This document shows positions 19,943-30,326 of a DNA stretch of 64,000 bases, one piece after another (position 1 is the stretch's first letter; each line of letters starts with the position of its first letter). Below the pieces are notes generated by a model. It saw only the letters and a program-made list of their open reading frames with translations. It had not been told where the DNA came from and did not search any database. Location of the stretch: NCBI GenBank assembly GCA_963836235.1, contig CAWIIP010000002.1:160001-224000 (forward strand), written 5' to 3'. The position numbers and the translations under genes were made by a program. This DNA comes from an uncultured Pseudomonadota bacterium (GTDB lineage: Bacteria > Oederibacteriota > Muellerivitia > Muellerivitales > Muellerivitaceae).

Positions 19943-22125
19943 TAAACTTTCACCTCAACTACTTTGGTTGTGTCGTTTCCAAAAATGTCGATCACTTTGA
20001 CTGCAATTTTATATTTACCCTTAGAAGGATACTCGTACTCGGCGCTTTCCATCTCGAGGGAGCGATCTTTATCAGTGCGGAAAGTCTGCCATTGGTTCTC
20101 AAAAATAAACCCTCCGGTCCAAACATCTCTTTCTTTTCCCTTTTCGTCCACCTGCTTTATTATCTCCTTACGGCTCTCATAGTCGAAGTCCACGGCCCAA
20201 TAGTCGATCCAGTCTGTCCATTTCTTTGTGAGCACTTCCCTTTTTACAATGCCCTTTTTGTCCTTGGTGATCTTCACGACCTGGCCGTTCTCAACGGTTA
20301 CTTTAGAACCGCCTGGTTTAAGGGATTCGGAAACAGCTTCCACGTCATCCTGGGTGTAGAAAACACCAAAATTTTTGAGGACAACGGTGGCTTTCATCCC
20401 TTTTATTTTGGGCAACACCTCACCATAAGCCGCGTCAAAGAATTTAACCTGATTCTTTTCAACAGCACGGCGGTCAAAAACATCTTTAGGAATGTACTTC
20501 AGGGACAAGTTAATTCCGTGACGGTTAGCTTCATCTTTATAGGTTTCGATTAGGCCCATTTCAAATTCAAACCCAAGAACATCAACCTTTGTAAGCTTTA
20601 ACTTTTTACAGGACTCAATTATTTCCTGAACCTGGCTAATGGTAACAGGTGCATCCAAGGGGCCAACGAAAACAGCTACACCGCCTCTTTTACCATGAAA
20701 TGGAGCTAGCTGTTGAACACGCTCTCCTTTGTAAGCTTGCAAGATAAGCTTTAGATAATCCTCCTCCTTCTGAAGGGATTGTTTCTTTCGTTCCTTCTCT
20801 GGTAGGTTTGGGTTAATTCCTACAAAGTATTGACGTTCATATTTGCCTAAGTTGAGAATTTCAAAACTACGATAGGGTTTTGTATCCTTTTTTAGTTCTC
20901 GTTGTGCCCCTATAAGGCGTTTACGAGTCGTATGAATTGAGAAACGACCTAGGTCACACCCGATCCATTTGCGGCCAAGTTTTTCAGCAACTGAAAGAGT
21001 CGTCCCGGAACCACAAAAAAAATCAGCAACCAGATCAGTGTCATTTGAGGAGGCTTTAATAATTCGTTCTAGTAATGTTTCAGGTTTTTGGGTCGCATAA
21101 TTAGTTCTTTCCTCGGCCATTGAGTTAACTTCTGAAATATCAGTCCAAATATCACCCAATGATTCCCCTTTTTCTTCATCTAAATATCTTATTAATCTTT
21201 TATTCCCACTTGAGGTTACCCAAATTTTGTTTTGTTTTTCAAACTGTTTAATTGAATCTTCCGAATAATCTCCCAAATCACAATCACGAAATAATCTTCC
21301 TTTTTTATCAGGTCGAAATTTTGTTTTAATAAAATTTTCGTCGTAGGGTTTATAAGCACCGTTCCAAGTCCATTTCTCGGACTTGGAATAAAATAGTATA
21401 GAGTCAGAATTCCTAGCATATTGGCCAGATGTCGCTTTAGCTCCCCGGACTGGCTGCCTTCGCCATCTAATTTCATTTCGAAAATTTTCTAACCCAAATA
21501 ATTCCTGCATTACCAGACGAATTACACTATTCAACCTCCAATCACAATGAACGTAAATAGAGCCATCGTTTGCCAATAAATCCTTCATTAATTTTACCCG
21601 CTCGTACATCATTGATAAATATGAGTCGGCTCCTCTACCCCATGTGTCTCTATAGGCCACGTCTTCTATTACACTTGGCTCTTTTTCTAACAGTCCTTTG
21701 TCGCCAATCTCTAAGTTAATAGAAAAATCTGATCCAATATCAAAAGGAGGGTCGATGTAAATGAGTTTCAAACCACCCACTTCATCGATCTCTTGGCGCA
21801 AAGGCCCATTTTTTAGAGATGAAAGGACTAGTTTATTGTCACCCCAAATAAGTTTATTACTCCAACCACTAGCCTGACGGCCGCTTTGGAGATCTAAAGA
21901 AAAGAGATCCGCCACCTGGCCAGTTTTTTCTGACCTTGGTTCGTCGATTTGTTCGATGACTTGGAACGGAAGAACTGCATTCGTGACTTCTTGGGACTTC
22001 CCTTGCCACACAAGCTCAACTTCAGGAGCATCGGCAAAGAGAGAAAGGCGGTATTTGGGTGGAAGAGGTTCTCCCCGGTCGACCATGGCTTTGATTTGTT
22101 CTTTTTCTTGATCGGAAAGGTACAC
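19942..22125 (-). CDS. mod: Type III adenine DNA methyltransferase (Mod)
   Basis: IYIDPPF, TQKPE, DFFCGSGTT motifs; overlaps res start. Confidence 0.9.
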   Translation of the reverse strand: MYLSDQEKEQIKAMVDRGEPLPPKYRLSLFADAPEVELVWQGKSQEVTNAVLPFQVIEQIDEPRSEKTGQVADLFSLDLQSGRQASGWSNKLIWGDNKLVLSSLKNGPLRQEIDEVGGLKLIYIDPPFDIGSDFSINLEIGDKGLLEKEPSVIEDVAYRDTWGRGADSYLSMMYERVKLMKDLLANDGSIYVHCDWRLNSVIRLVMQELFGLENFRNEIRWRRQPVRGAKATSGQYARNSDSILFYSKSEKWTWNGAYKPYDENFIKTKFRPDKKGRLFRDCDLGDYSEDSIKQFEKQNKIWVTSSGNKRLIRYLDEEKGESLGDIWTDISEVNSMAEERTNYATQKPETLLERIIKASSNDTDLVADFFCGSGTTLSVAEKLGRKWIGCDLGRFSIHTTRKRLIGAQRELKKDTKPYRSFEILNLGKYERQYFVGINPNLPEKERKKQSLQKEEDYLKLILQAYKGERVQQLAPFHGKRGGVAVFVGPLDAPVTISQVQEIIESCKKLKLTKVDVLGFEFEMGLIETYKDEANRHGINLSLKYIPKDVFDRRAVEKNQVKFFDAAYGEVLPKIKGMKATVVLKNFGVFYTQDDVEAVSESLKPGGSKVTVENGQVVKITKDKKGIVKREVLTKKWTDWIDYWAVDFDYESRKEIIKQVDEKGKERDVWTGGFIFENQWQTFRTDKDRSLEMESAEYEYPSKGKYKIAVKVIDIFGNDTTKVVEVKV

Positions 22126-22142
22126 GAAAACTCCTCAGAGGG

Positions 22143-22318
22143 TTATTTCTTCTTGTAAACGTTCAGCCCAATTTTCTCGTCCCGTTCAGGGACGGAGATG
22201 TTCCCCTCTTTGGAAGCAACAATGGTTGTCTTTCCGGAAGAAGAAGGCCCAAACTCCTTGGACAAGTCCACCTTAATAGTGAGGATGTTCCCTCAACTTT
22301 TATTTCGACGTTTTTCAT
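22143..22318 (-). pseudogene. Small protein (MKNVEIKVEG/NILTIKVDLSKEFGPSSSGKT...IGLNVYKKK) with an apparent 1-bp frameshift
   Basis: Adding one base near 22290 restores a coherent 58-aa ORF with RBS; not in the ORF track. Confidence 0.7.
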
Positions 22319-22330
22319 TTTTACCCTCTT

Positions 22331-23347
22331 TTAAGTACCGGATTTAAAAGCGCTTGGGTTTATGTTTACCAACGAAAGATGCCCACCGTCGGAACCTTCA
22401 TTTTTAGAAAAACCGGTGGGTTGAGGGGAAAAAATACACTCAGCGGCCTTGGTGAGAACAACGTCTCTATTAGCCCCTTCTTTTCCGGCTTTTACTAAAG
22501 CTTCATAAGTTGCTAAAGCATTTTGCCTGTGACGGTCAATTACGGAATTGTGTCTATGTGCTGAAAAATTCTTTACCGAAAGAATTAAAAAATAAGAAAT
22601 TGTAATAAAAATTAAAAATTTACTTACAGAAAGTTGAATGGAATCAAAAACCGTAACAGGGACAAAAAATGGAATTTTATGAATAAATAGTGTCGAAACG
22701 GCATAAACCAAAAGGCAAACAGTTAACCAAATAGTTGTTGTTAACCATTTAGATGCTTCTTCCGCGTGTTTATCAGCTTCGTTTTTAAAATATATGGCTT
22801 GTTGAGAAACACCTTGTTCCGCTGCAACTTTTCTAACAGCTTCTAAAACTTTATCTGCTTCCAATTTCCTTTTTTCAAGTTCTGTCTGAAGTTCTCCAGC
22901 CCTATCCGTAACATCCTGAATTAATGCACGCGCCTCACGTTCAAGACGACCAAAATCGGTTGATTTTCTAACAGAATACGAAATGAATGGATGTAATGTT
23001 TTGAATGAGTTCCCATAGCCAGCTTCTAAGGCCTGGACAGAACTATCTCTTGTTTGCGTGGTAAGTCCCGGGGCCGCCTTTAAAATAGTTTCAAGCAAAC
23101 GAAAATCATTGTTTGAAACATTTTTAATATTTGTCAAGATTTCATCCGGGAACGCGTCCAAAACCTCTAAAGGTATTTGTTTATATAAATCAATAATCCT
23201 CGTTGCTGGTTCAACCGCATTGGTAAAATTAATTGCTGTCCCGAACTCCTGAACCCTAGGTAATGAATTTACATCGAAATTTTGGAGTCTTACCAAAGAA
23301 CCTTTTACTTCCTCTATTAACTTATTAGTTGTTTCAGAAATCGGCAT
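22331..23347 (-). CDS. Coiled-coil, two-TM hypothetical protein
   Basis: 338 aa, AT-rich, upstream of the R-M genes. Confidence 0.7.
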   Translation of the reverse strand: MPISETTNKLIEEVKGSLVRLQNFDVNSLPRVQEFGTAINFTNAVEPATRIIDLYKQIPLEVLDAFPDEILTNIKNVSNNDFRLLETILKAAPGLTTQTRDSSVQALEAGYGNSFKTLHPFISYSVRKSTDFGRLEREARALIQDVTDRAGELQTELEKRKLEADKVLEAVRKVAAEQGVSQQAIYFKNEADKHAEEASKWLTTTIWLTVCLLVYAVSTLFIHKIPFFVPVTVFDSIQLSVSKFLIFITISYFLILSVKNFSAHRHNSVIDRHRQNALATYEALVKAGKEGANRDVVLTKAAECIFSPQPTGFSKNEGSDGGHLSLVNINPSAFKSGT

Positions 23348-23444
23348 TTTTATCTCCCGTTTATATTTTTATCAGAAGGTTTTCCCTTCCCCTACCATCC
23401 TAAATTAGTGCGCTTGGTGTCCTTGTGGTTCAAAAGAGGTGGCT

Positions 23445-24329
23445 CTATTTAAATATCTCATTCAGCACGTATGCCAACCTTATCCCAGCCTTCTCAAGCT
23501 GTTGGTCCACGATGGGGCGCATTTTATCAAAGTAATCACCCGGAAGGGGCTTATCGCTGTAATCCTGGGTCCCTGGGTCCATTCCTTTGTAGACCTTAGT
23601 CTTGGCGATCATGTAACTCTCGAAAACCCAATTTTTCTCACTCCCCTTGGTCCAGGTGGCCGCCTGGTCCCCGGGGATCGCCTTTTCAAGGGTGGAGGCC
23701 AGCTCCCGGGGATCCTCCTCGGTCTTAGACTCAATTAGATGGTCCCAAAGAGCGTGTAATTTGATTTTAGCCCCGTGGCCACGGTGGCCAGGGGCTTTGA
23801 ACCGGACCATCTTCTCGTTTCCCCCGCGGTCGCCGTCATCGGCACAATGAAGGGGTTGGTGTAAGTCGCCCATGAAGTGGACGACGAATTTTAGGGCCTC
23901 TAAGCGCTTGGATTTAGGTTGGGTTTCATCCCCCAAAACACCTTCAAATATCTGGAGCTGGTTGATGACGCAATCATTATTGGGGCAATAATCCTGCTCG
24001 TCTTTAAGGGTTAGGTCTTTCCGGATAGGGAGGTCGATGAAATGCCACGGGGCTGTCTCACGGCGCGATTCACGGATTTGGTCCGCCCAATTTGAAATAC
24101 TGGCCAGATCGTCCGGCTGCAATGAAGTCACAAGCTGAATTGCGGGCTTTGCCTGTGCCGATTCCATAGAAGAATCGGCCCCCTGGTCCAGGATGGAGGC
24201 TAATTTTGCCTTGGCGGCCGTGGCGAGGTTGTCCTGGGCGATATAGGCAATGGTTTCGTGGCCGACCGGACCCCATGCGGCCGCCGGCAATGTCCCAAAA
24301 AGATTTAAACAAAGTACGGCAAAAAGCAT
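23445..24329 (-). CDS. S1/P1 nuclease, secreted
   Basis: WGPVGH, WAD, WHFID, VHFMGDLHQPLH, LHALWD; signal peptide from Met at 24329. Confidence 0.93.
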   Translation of the reverse strand: MLFAVLCLNLFGTLPAAAWGPVGHETIAYIAQDNLATAAKAKLASILDQGADSSMESAQAKPAIQLVTSLQPDDLASISNWADQIRESRRETAPWHFIDLPIRKDLTLKDEQDYCPNNDCVINQLQIFEGVLGDETQPKSKRLEALKFVVHFMGDLHQPLHCADDGDRGGNEKMVRFKAPGHRGHGAKIKLHALWDHLIESKTEEDPRELASTLEKAIPGDQAATWTKGSEKNWVFESYMIAKTKVYKGMDPGTQDYSDKPLPGDYFDKMRPIVDQQLEKAGIRLAYVLNEIFK

Positions 24330-24614
24330 CCCGAAAGCCCTCAAGCTTTCGAAGGATTGTGCGAAATTCCTAAAGGTCAAAGGGGGTTTGTTTGACCTGA
24401 TAAATGGAATTTTGCAAAAAAGGAGGGGTATCAGGCCCAGCGAATTGATAATCTTCGCGGCCTTCGACGAGGCTTCAAGCCGAGGAGAAAGCTTTGGGGG
24501 TGCCAATACCGGGGGTATTGGTATACCGGAGAGGTGTGACTTCGTCGAAATTAGGGGCCATAGCGTGAAAAATATTTTCATTTTTTGTACTCAATTCCTA
24601 CTTCTTTTTAAAAA

Positions 24615-25223
24615 TCAATTATTAGGCGTTTGATGAGGTTTAATTCTGGTCCTGGCCCGGTCCGCTCTCGGAGGCTGATTGTGTTTGCGGGAGTTCAGCG
24701 CCCACCCGATTCCTGTCTTATAATACCGCCACAGCCAGTGCTGGATGAGACCGCCTCTCCTCCCTAGCTTTTTTGCCACATCATTAGTTTTCATCCCTTC
24801 CGCCAGGCAGGCAAGCGCCTGCAACTTTTCCCTCACCCACGGTCGTTCCTCTTTTGCCAAAAAGGACTTAATCTCCTGCAAGTTCATATTCCGCACAAGG
24901 CGAGGATGGAAAAATCCCTTGTCTGTCCAATTCTTTGATAGCGCATTGAGAGGGACCTTTCGTTCAAGGATCCTCGTTATTGAAGAAAAGGAACCGGCAA
25001 GAAATACCGAGAGTTTCAATAGCACGTGAACAGATTGGACTCCTTCTTGCTCCCATCGTCCCCATTCCTCAAGCGTGCATCCACAATTGTCGGCAGCTTG
25101 TTCTTGGGTAAGGTTCTTTTCCAAGCGGAGTTCCCTGATTACTTCCCCGGTTTTTCGCTGAACATCTTTCCGTGTGAGCTTTACCCTCGCGGTGAGCGAT
25201 TTTTGGGAGTCGAATCCTTTCAT
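24615..25223 (-). CDS. XRE HTH + IS630-like HTH protein (paralog of 8996-9571)
   Basis: Clear end-to-end similarity to 8996-9571. Confidence 0.75.
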   Translation of the reverse strand: MKGFDSQKSLTARVKLTRKDVQRKTGEVIRELRLEKNLTQEQAADNCGCTLEEWGRWEQEGVQSVHVLLKLSVFLAGSFSSITRILERKVPLNALSKNWTDKGFFHPRLVRNMNLQEIKSFLAKEERPWVREKLQALACLAEGMKTNDVAKKLGRRGGLIQHWLWRYYKTGIGWALNSRKHNQPPRADRARTRIKPHQTPNN

Positions 25224-25543
25224 TTTTCATACTCAATTCTCAACTCTTGAAAGTAATCTAAAATCCGCCGTTTGATGAGGTTGAGTTCAACGACCTTCAG
25301 TTCCCTGCCCAAAAGGCCGACGATTTCCAGCTTGGCGTCCCGGAAGACCATATTGAAAGCTAGTTCAAACCATTCGGTTTGTTCTGCGGGGGCAAGGTCT
25401 TGGTATGGTTTGTGGAGACGTTTGGGCCAAGGATAATCCATGAGCAGTTCCGGGCCCAAAAAGCCATTCATGAAATTCGCCACACGGAGGGCGGCGGGAT
25501 TTTTATTGCTGTGGGGGTTATAAGAACCAGGGGTTTCAGACAT
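25220..25543 (-). CDS. Hypothetical protein
   Basis: ORF with RBS GAGGAG, overlapping the next gene. Confidence 0.55.
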   Translation of the reverse strand: MSETPGSYNPHSNKNPAALRVANFMNGFLGPELLMDYPWPKRLHKPYQDLAPAEQTEWFELAFNMVFRDAKLEIVGLLGRELKVVELNLIKRRILDYFQELRIEYEK

Positions 25544-25558
25544 GAATATCTCTCCTCA

Positions 25559-25933
25559 TTAAATCCGCCGTCCGAAAAAGGCCGTTAAGGATGCCCATGA
25601 AGCGACCAGGGCAAAGAGCCAAAACCAAAACGGATGAGGTAAGGTCGTAAAGACCGATACGGTCCCTGACGAAATGAACCGGCCCAAGACCGAGAAGATG
25701 TGGTAGGTGATAATCAGCCTATAGGCCGAAAAGACCAAAAGCACGGCCAAGGCGATCCCGAATAGTATCCTGACGAAATTCATTCCCGCCAATTTTGAGA
25801 AATGGAAAAACCTTTCGAGGTGTTCGTTGTTCATAAGGGCCGACCTTTCAGTCGGTGGTTCCTCCGAAACGATCCTGCTGTCTGTGTTTTCCATAATCCA
25901 ATCCTTCCTCAATAGTCGATCACTTCTTCCCAC
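25559..25933 (-). CDS. Membrane hypothetical protein
   Basis: Two hydrophobic segments. Confidence 0.5.
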   Translation of the reverse strand: MGRSDRLLRKDWIMENTDSRIVSEEPPTERSALMNNEHLERFFHFSKLAGMNFVRILFGIALAVLLVFSAYRLIITYHIFSVLGRFISSGTVSVFTTLPHPFWFWLFALVASWASLTAFFGRRI

Positions 25934-26187
25934 CGGCTCACTTTAGACGCGGGTTCCGCCTCGTGAAAGCCGAGGCCGTTGCACCTGGGGCAATCGGCCC
26001 CGCCGGGCAAGACACCTCTGCCCCCGCACGGCTTACAGCTTTCCAACCATATCGGCTGTTTCCCGCTTCCGTTGCAATCCCCACAAGGGAATTTTCCGGA
26101 ATAAAATATGCCTTCCAGCCAAAAACCCGGCTCCCCTGGCTCGTCGCCCGTCCCCCCGCATTTTTGGCAGTCGACTTCGCCTCTCAT
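25909..26187 (-). CDS. DnaJ-type CxxCxGxG zinc-finger protein
   Basis: Four CxxCxGxG repeats. Confidence 0.7.
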   Translation of the reverse strand: MRGEVDCQKCGGTGDEPGEPGFWLEGIFYSGKFPCGDCNGSGKQPIWLESCKPCGGRGVLPGGADCPRCNGLGFHEAEPASKVSRWEEVIDY

Positions 26188-26298
26188 GGTGCCGTCCTGG
26201 ATTGCATTTTAGGGCCATCCAAAAAAATCCTGAACAGAAAGTCGAATAATTTTAGACCGGGATACCGCCCCGCCGGCCAGGCCGGCGGGGCGAAAATC

Positions 26299-26667
26299 CT
26301 AATACTCGTTGGGGACCATCAGGACAGGTTTACCCTCCTGCATAGCGACGTAAAACTTCCAGGTTCCCTCCGGGAAATCCGTGAATTCGATCTCCTGCCG
26401 CACAATTTCTGGCCGGTCGTCGTCCTCCTTCATCGTAAGGATCGCCTTGGAGGCTTTGACTTCAAGCGTCCAAAACTGGATTTCCTCCTTCCGGGCATAA
26501 CTGAAAATGGCGTCGATCAGCCAATAGGCCCCGGCAATCTCCGCCACGGCCTGGACCCCTTCGGTGTAAATGCCTCCCGTAATGTGCTTGAAGTAGCTCA
26601 CGCTACCCGTGCTCATGGCAAAAACCTCCTCTATCCTCAACTTCTTTACGGCTTCTTCCCTGTCCAT
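26299..26667 (-). CDS. DUF6876-like mobile-element protein
   Basis: YTEGV..AE.AGAYWLIDAI, QFWTL, QEIEFTDFP, VLMVPNEY. Confidence 0.7.
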   Translation of the reverse strand: MDREEAVKKLRIEEVFAMSTGSVSYFKHITGGIYTEGVQAVAEIAGAYWLIDAIFSYARKEEIQFWTLEVKASKAILTMKEDDDRPEIVRQEIEFTDFPEGTWKFYVAMQEGKPVLMVPNEY

Positions 26668-26684
26668 AGATGCTCCTTATCTTT

Positions 26685-27130
26685 ATTTGGGAGGGGCCCC
26701 CTCCGGGGGGCGGCCCTCAAAGAATCTGGGCCGCAACACGGAGGCGAGAGAGGGTTGGTGGGTGGAGATTGAGCCGTGCGAAAGAAGCACCTAGCCAACC
26801 CCAGCAAACCGCTTCGGGCAAAGTGCCGAAGGGCGGACGCCGCGGCGGACGCATCTAGGCATTTAGCGGCCCTTGCCCCTGGGCCAGACGGTATTTGGCG
26901 GCCCAGGGGTGCGATCTATCAGGCCAGCGGCACGATGAGGTTTGCGAACCTTGAAGCCGTTCGATCTTGGGGGTCCGGGGGGATCTTCCGCCCGGGCTAG
27001 GAGAGGGGCGCGGGGAGAGGGGTTTTTCTTTCCCCGAAAATTCCGAGGCCCGGCATAGGGAAGGTTACACGGCCGCTTTGCGGCCGGCGAACCTTCTTCA
27101 AACCCGCCAGGGTGCCGGGCCGAGCAAAAC
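26685..27130. promoter_or_regulatory. Structured leader, family 1, copy 1 (divergent)
   Basis: Shares hairpins and motifs with 28405-28990 and 31707-32140. Confidence 0.6.
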
Positions 27131-27160
27131 AAAAGGCCCCCCTAAGAGGGCCTCCGGTCT

Positions 27161-27550
27161 TCAAGCCGTAGGGTGTGAAGATTTTTCCAAGGGGTGTTTC
27201 TTGGAACACTTAGGGCAAAACTTCCCGTCTCTGCCCTCGACGGGCAAGGAATCCTTCAAGAGAATTTCCGTGTTGCAAACTTGGCACCAAGTGGCGTAGG
27301 TATCATCCGAAAGGATTTGAGGAACCAATTTTTTAATAAGGCCCTTCCCTACCGTGGCCCGGCCAAATTCATAAGCCCAACGGGTGGCGGTGTACTTATC
27401 CTTTCCCGGCCAAGTAAGGCGGCGGTATTCGTCTCCCTGGGCGGCGTCCCCTCCGTCGTCGTCCTCCACCTTGAAAACTTGTAAGCCGGGAATGTCTGAC
27501 ACCACATCGGACAAAACCCCACCTTCCATAAAAATGATAATTTTCGGCAT
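27161..27550 (-). CDS. Hypothetical protein with C-terminal CxxC..CxxC
   Basis: Start MPKIIIFMEGG with RBS AGGAGG. Confidence 0.6.
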   Translation of the reverse strand: MPKIIIFMEGGVLSDVVSDIPGLQVFKVEDDDGGDAAQGDEYRRLTWPGKDKYTATRWAYEFGRATVGKGLIKKLVPQILSDDTYATWCQVCNTEILLKDSLPVEGRDGKFCPKCSKKHPLEKSSHPTA

Positions 27551-27560
27551 AACGTCCTCC

Positions 27561-27857
27561 TTAAAGTTCGTATTTTTCGGCAAAGTTTGAAAGTGATTCA
27601 GCGGAAGCGGCACAAACGTCCAGCGCGCGCGCGGCGGCCAAGCCGACAAGGGCGCTCCCGCCTTCCTCAAAATCCAGTTTTGAAAATATCGTTTCGGCCT
27701 GGTCGGTGAGGTAGTTGTTTAAAGCTCCCGCAACTTCCAAAAGGCCGTGATGGCTTACGAGAAACGCTAAAACGTCATAAGGCTCGTAAGTCTCAAGGCG
27801 GTATTTTTTAAACTCCTTTACGGTTTCTTTTTCCGGCCCTAACAATTTGATTTCCAT
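27561..27857 (-). CDS. Hypothetical protein
   Basis: RBS AGGAGG; co-oriented downstream of the RadC-like gene. Confidence 0.6.
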   Translation of the reverse strand: MEIKLLGPEKETVKEFKKYRLETYEPYDVLAFLVSHHGLLEVAGALNNYLTDQAETIFSKLDFEEGGSALVGLAAARALDVCAASAESLSNFAEKYEL

Positions 27858-27897
27858 AAATCCTCCTAAAATTTTTCATCCCCAAAGGGGCGATTTC

Positions 27898-28386
27898 TTA
27901 AACCAAAAGCCCTGCGGTGCGGAAGGAAAAGTGGCCTTCGTGGGTGACTATCAAGTGATCATGAACGGTTATCCCCAGGGCACGGGCGGCGGTGATAATT
28001 TGGCGGGTCAATTGCTTGTCCCCTTCCGATGGTTCAAGGCTTCCGGCTGGGTGATTGTGGGAAAATATGATCCCCGTGGCGTTTAACTCCAAAGCTTTTT
28101 TTAGTACCTCTCTTGGATAAACGGCGGTATGGTCCACGGTTCCTTCGCTGTTCAAAACCGTTTCTAAAACGTGGTTGCGGTGGTCGAGGTACATGGTGAC
28201 AAAAGCCTCTTTGTCCCTGCCTCCGATGTATTTGGCAAAATAGGCCACTACATCATCTGGGCTTGTTACAACCGGGCCTCTCTCGTAATCGGTCCTTGCT
28301 TCGGACCATGAAACCGGGGGAACCGTGGGGGGAATTTTGAACATCACTTCCAAAGGCATTTCTAACTGCTTGATTCTCTTGCTCAT
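27898..28386 (-). CDS. RadC-like JAB-domain protein
   Basis: EAFVTMYLD, VYPREV, HNHPAG..PSEGD, VHDHLIV. Confidence 0.92.
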   Translation of the reverse strand: MSKRIKQLEMPLEVMFKIPPTVPPVSWSEARTDYERGPVVTSPDDVVAYFAKYIGGRDKEAFVTMYLDHRNHVLETVLNSEGTVDHTAVYPREVLKKALELNATGIIFSHNHPAGSLEPSEGDKQLTRQIITAARALGITVHDHLIVTHEGHFSFRTAGLLV

Positions 28387-28404
28387 TTTGAACGCTCCGC
28401 TTTT

Positions 28405-28990
28405 TTATTAGAGGAGAGAGCACCCTCCGGGTGCGCCCCCTCAAAAATCCTTGGGGGCGCATACGGAGCGAGTAAGGTGTTTGTGTTGGGGCAAATCAAT
28501 GTCGGCGGGTCCTGCGCCTTGGTGTTAGCAGACCGGGAAAATTCCCAAACAGGTTTTGGGCCGAAAGACGAGGAACGAGGCGTGGCCCGTTTGGGAATTT
28601 AGGCGCTGACCGATCCCGGCGGCGATAGCCGCCCGTCGATTTGGTTTGCGTCCTCTATGTCTTTCGTTTCTGGGGTTGCCAGGGGTCACTGTCCCTTGGC
28701 TAGGGTGGGGATATAGGGGAGGGTCTTTTCCCTCCCCCTGGGGGGTCCGGGGGATGGCTCGAACGAGCCCGCCGCCCGGGCTAGGGTGGGCACCTGGCCC
28801 GTCGCTTTCAAAGCGAGGGCCTCGCAGTGGTGGTGCAAACAGCATTGAAGCTGTTTGCAAAAGGGTAGGGGTACTTCCCTTCCCTGCTTTAATGATTTTC
28901 GAGGCGCGGCAAAGGGAAGGTTACACGGCCAAAGGCCGGCGAACCTTCCTCAATCCCGATAGGGGCCGCACCGAGACAAAGAACACCTTA
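28405..28990. promoter_or_regulatory. Structured leader, family 1, copy 2
   Basis: Long similarity to 31707-32140 with nested inverted repeats. Confidence 0.7.
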
Positions 28991-29265
28991 ATCGGCTTTT
29001 CCCCATACACCTTCCCGACCCTTCTCAAGATAGACGCGTTTCACGTAAAGTGTAATATGTAGGCCTGGCCCCTTTTTCTATGGGGAAACGCCGCCCGGTC
29101 TACCGTGTGGAAATTGGAGTCGCGGGGAAAAGTTAATCCATAAAAACCGACGAACGAATTTGGATTTTAGTGAGGAGGTTTTTAACTTTGAGGGCCGGCG
29201 ATTAAAAAATTACACAGGCAAAAGGAGGAAATCTGTCCAGAGGGTCCAAAGCCCCTTTAATGGAA

Positions 29266-29880
29266 TTACTGTGAGGGTGGGAGAGGGAGAGTTGTGATAT
29301 TTAATTTTTTATTGACGTATTGAATCCATTTCTCAGCGGAATTTCTTTGGTCATCTGTCTGGGCCGTTTGAACAGCCGCATTAAAATATTTTAACGAATC
29401 TTGCCACCTATCCTCTTTAGTTAATTTTACTCCATACGAGAAGTAAGAATTAAAGTTTTCACCACCTTCCAAATTTGAAGAATTGGAAGCTTGGAGGTCG
29501 GCATTCATATTTTTCTGGTTAAGTTTATTCCAATCAGAGGTAATGGCGTCTACGATTAAAGGAATAAAACCTAATAGGAAACCTGGAACAACATCCAAAA
29601 CTATCCATCCACCATCAACACCATTACTCAACGAGCTTGTTTGGGTGGTATATCCAGGTTTCCTAAATTCAACATTATGAGTTTTGTTAGATTCTAGAGG
29701 AACAGAAACTGGGGTAGTTCCCCTTTGCAAACCATCAACATAAACTTCTGCACCAGGGGGATTGGAGGAAAATTCAACAGGTTCTGCACCACCTTTAAAG
29801 ACCGTTGCGCAACCGGTAGAAATAAGGCTGAACACTAACATTAAAGCCATTAACTTTTTCATAACACTCCGAATGATCAA
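29266..29880 (-). CDS. PEGA-domain lipoprotein
   Basis: STGC lipobox; SNPPGAEVYVDG..GTTP; AT-rich. Confidence 0.8.
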   Translation of the reverse strand: MIIRSVMKKLMALMLVFSLISTGCATVFKGGAEPVEFSSNPPGAEVYVDGLQRGTTPVSVPLESNKTHNVEFRKPGYTTQTSSLSNGVDGGWIVLDVVPGFLLGFIPLIVDAITSDWNKLNQKNMNADLQASNSSNLEGGENFNSYFSYGVKLTKEDRWQDSLKYFNAAVQTAQTDDQRNSAEKWIQYVNKKLNITTLPLPPSQ

Positions 29881-30008
29881 GCGTCCACTTATTTCATCGA
29901 GATATAAGGTTAATTGTCGTGACTACCCTTGGTCAACACAAAAATAGGCTAGGAGGGGAGGCACTTCCGTTGCACACCATCCTTTTTGCGACAGCCATGT
30001 GCAGGTAT

Positions 30009-30326
30009 TTAGGCACTCTTTTTCCCGCGGGCGAGTTCCCTTTCAAATAGAATCCGCACCCCGAAAGCGTGAAGAACCTTTTCTAAACTCGAAAGGGTTG
30101 GATTTCCCTTCTCGGAAAGCATCGTGTAAAGGGATTCCCTCGCAAGTTGTGTTTCCTTGGAAAGCTTTTTCATCCCGCCTAGGGCGTCGGCCACGTTCTT
30201 CAATGCCTTCAAAAAGTATTTAAAATCTCCGGTTTCCCAAGCGGCGTTTATGTATCGGACCCGTGTTTTAAGGTCTTGAAGTTCTTCAAACAAATAACTT
30301 TTATGGTCAATCAATCCAAATTTCAT
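30009..30326 (-). CDS. Addiction-module antidote (HI1420-like HTH)
   Basis: FLKALKNVADALGGMKKLSKETQLARESLYTMLSEKGNPTL. Confidence 0.88.
   Translation of the reverse strand: MKFGLIDHKSYLFEELQDLKTRVRYINAAWETGDFKYFLKALKNVADALGGMKKLSKETQLARESLYTMLSEKGNPTLSSLEKVLHAFGVRILFERELARGKKSA

Noticed and set aside
23505-23516. GTCCACGATGGG, an exact match to one cassette-site arm
   Set aside because: Single arm inside the S1/P1 nuclease CDS, with no TC core or partner arm; plausibly chance.
27060-27096. Hairpin as group II intron domain V
   Set aside because: No AGC/CGC triad in the proper context, no domain VI and no RT gene.
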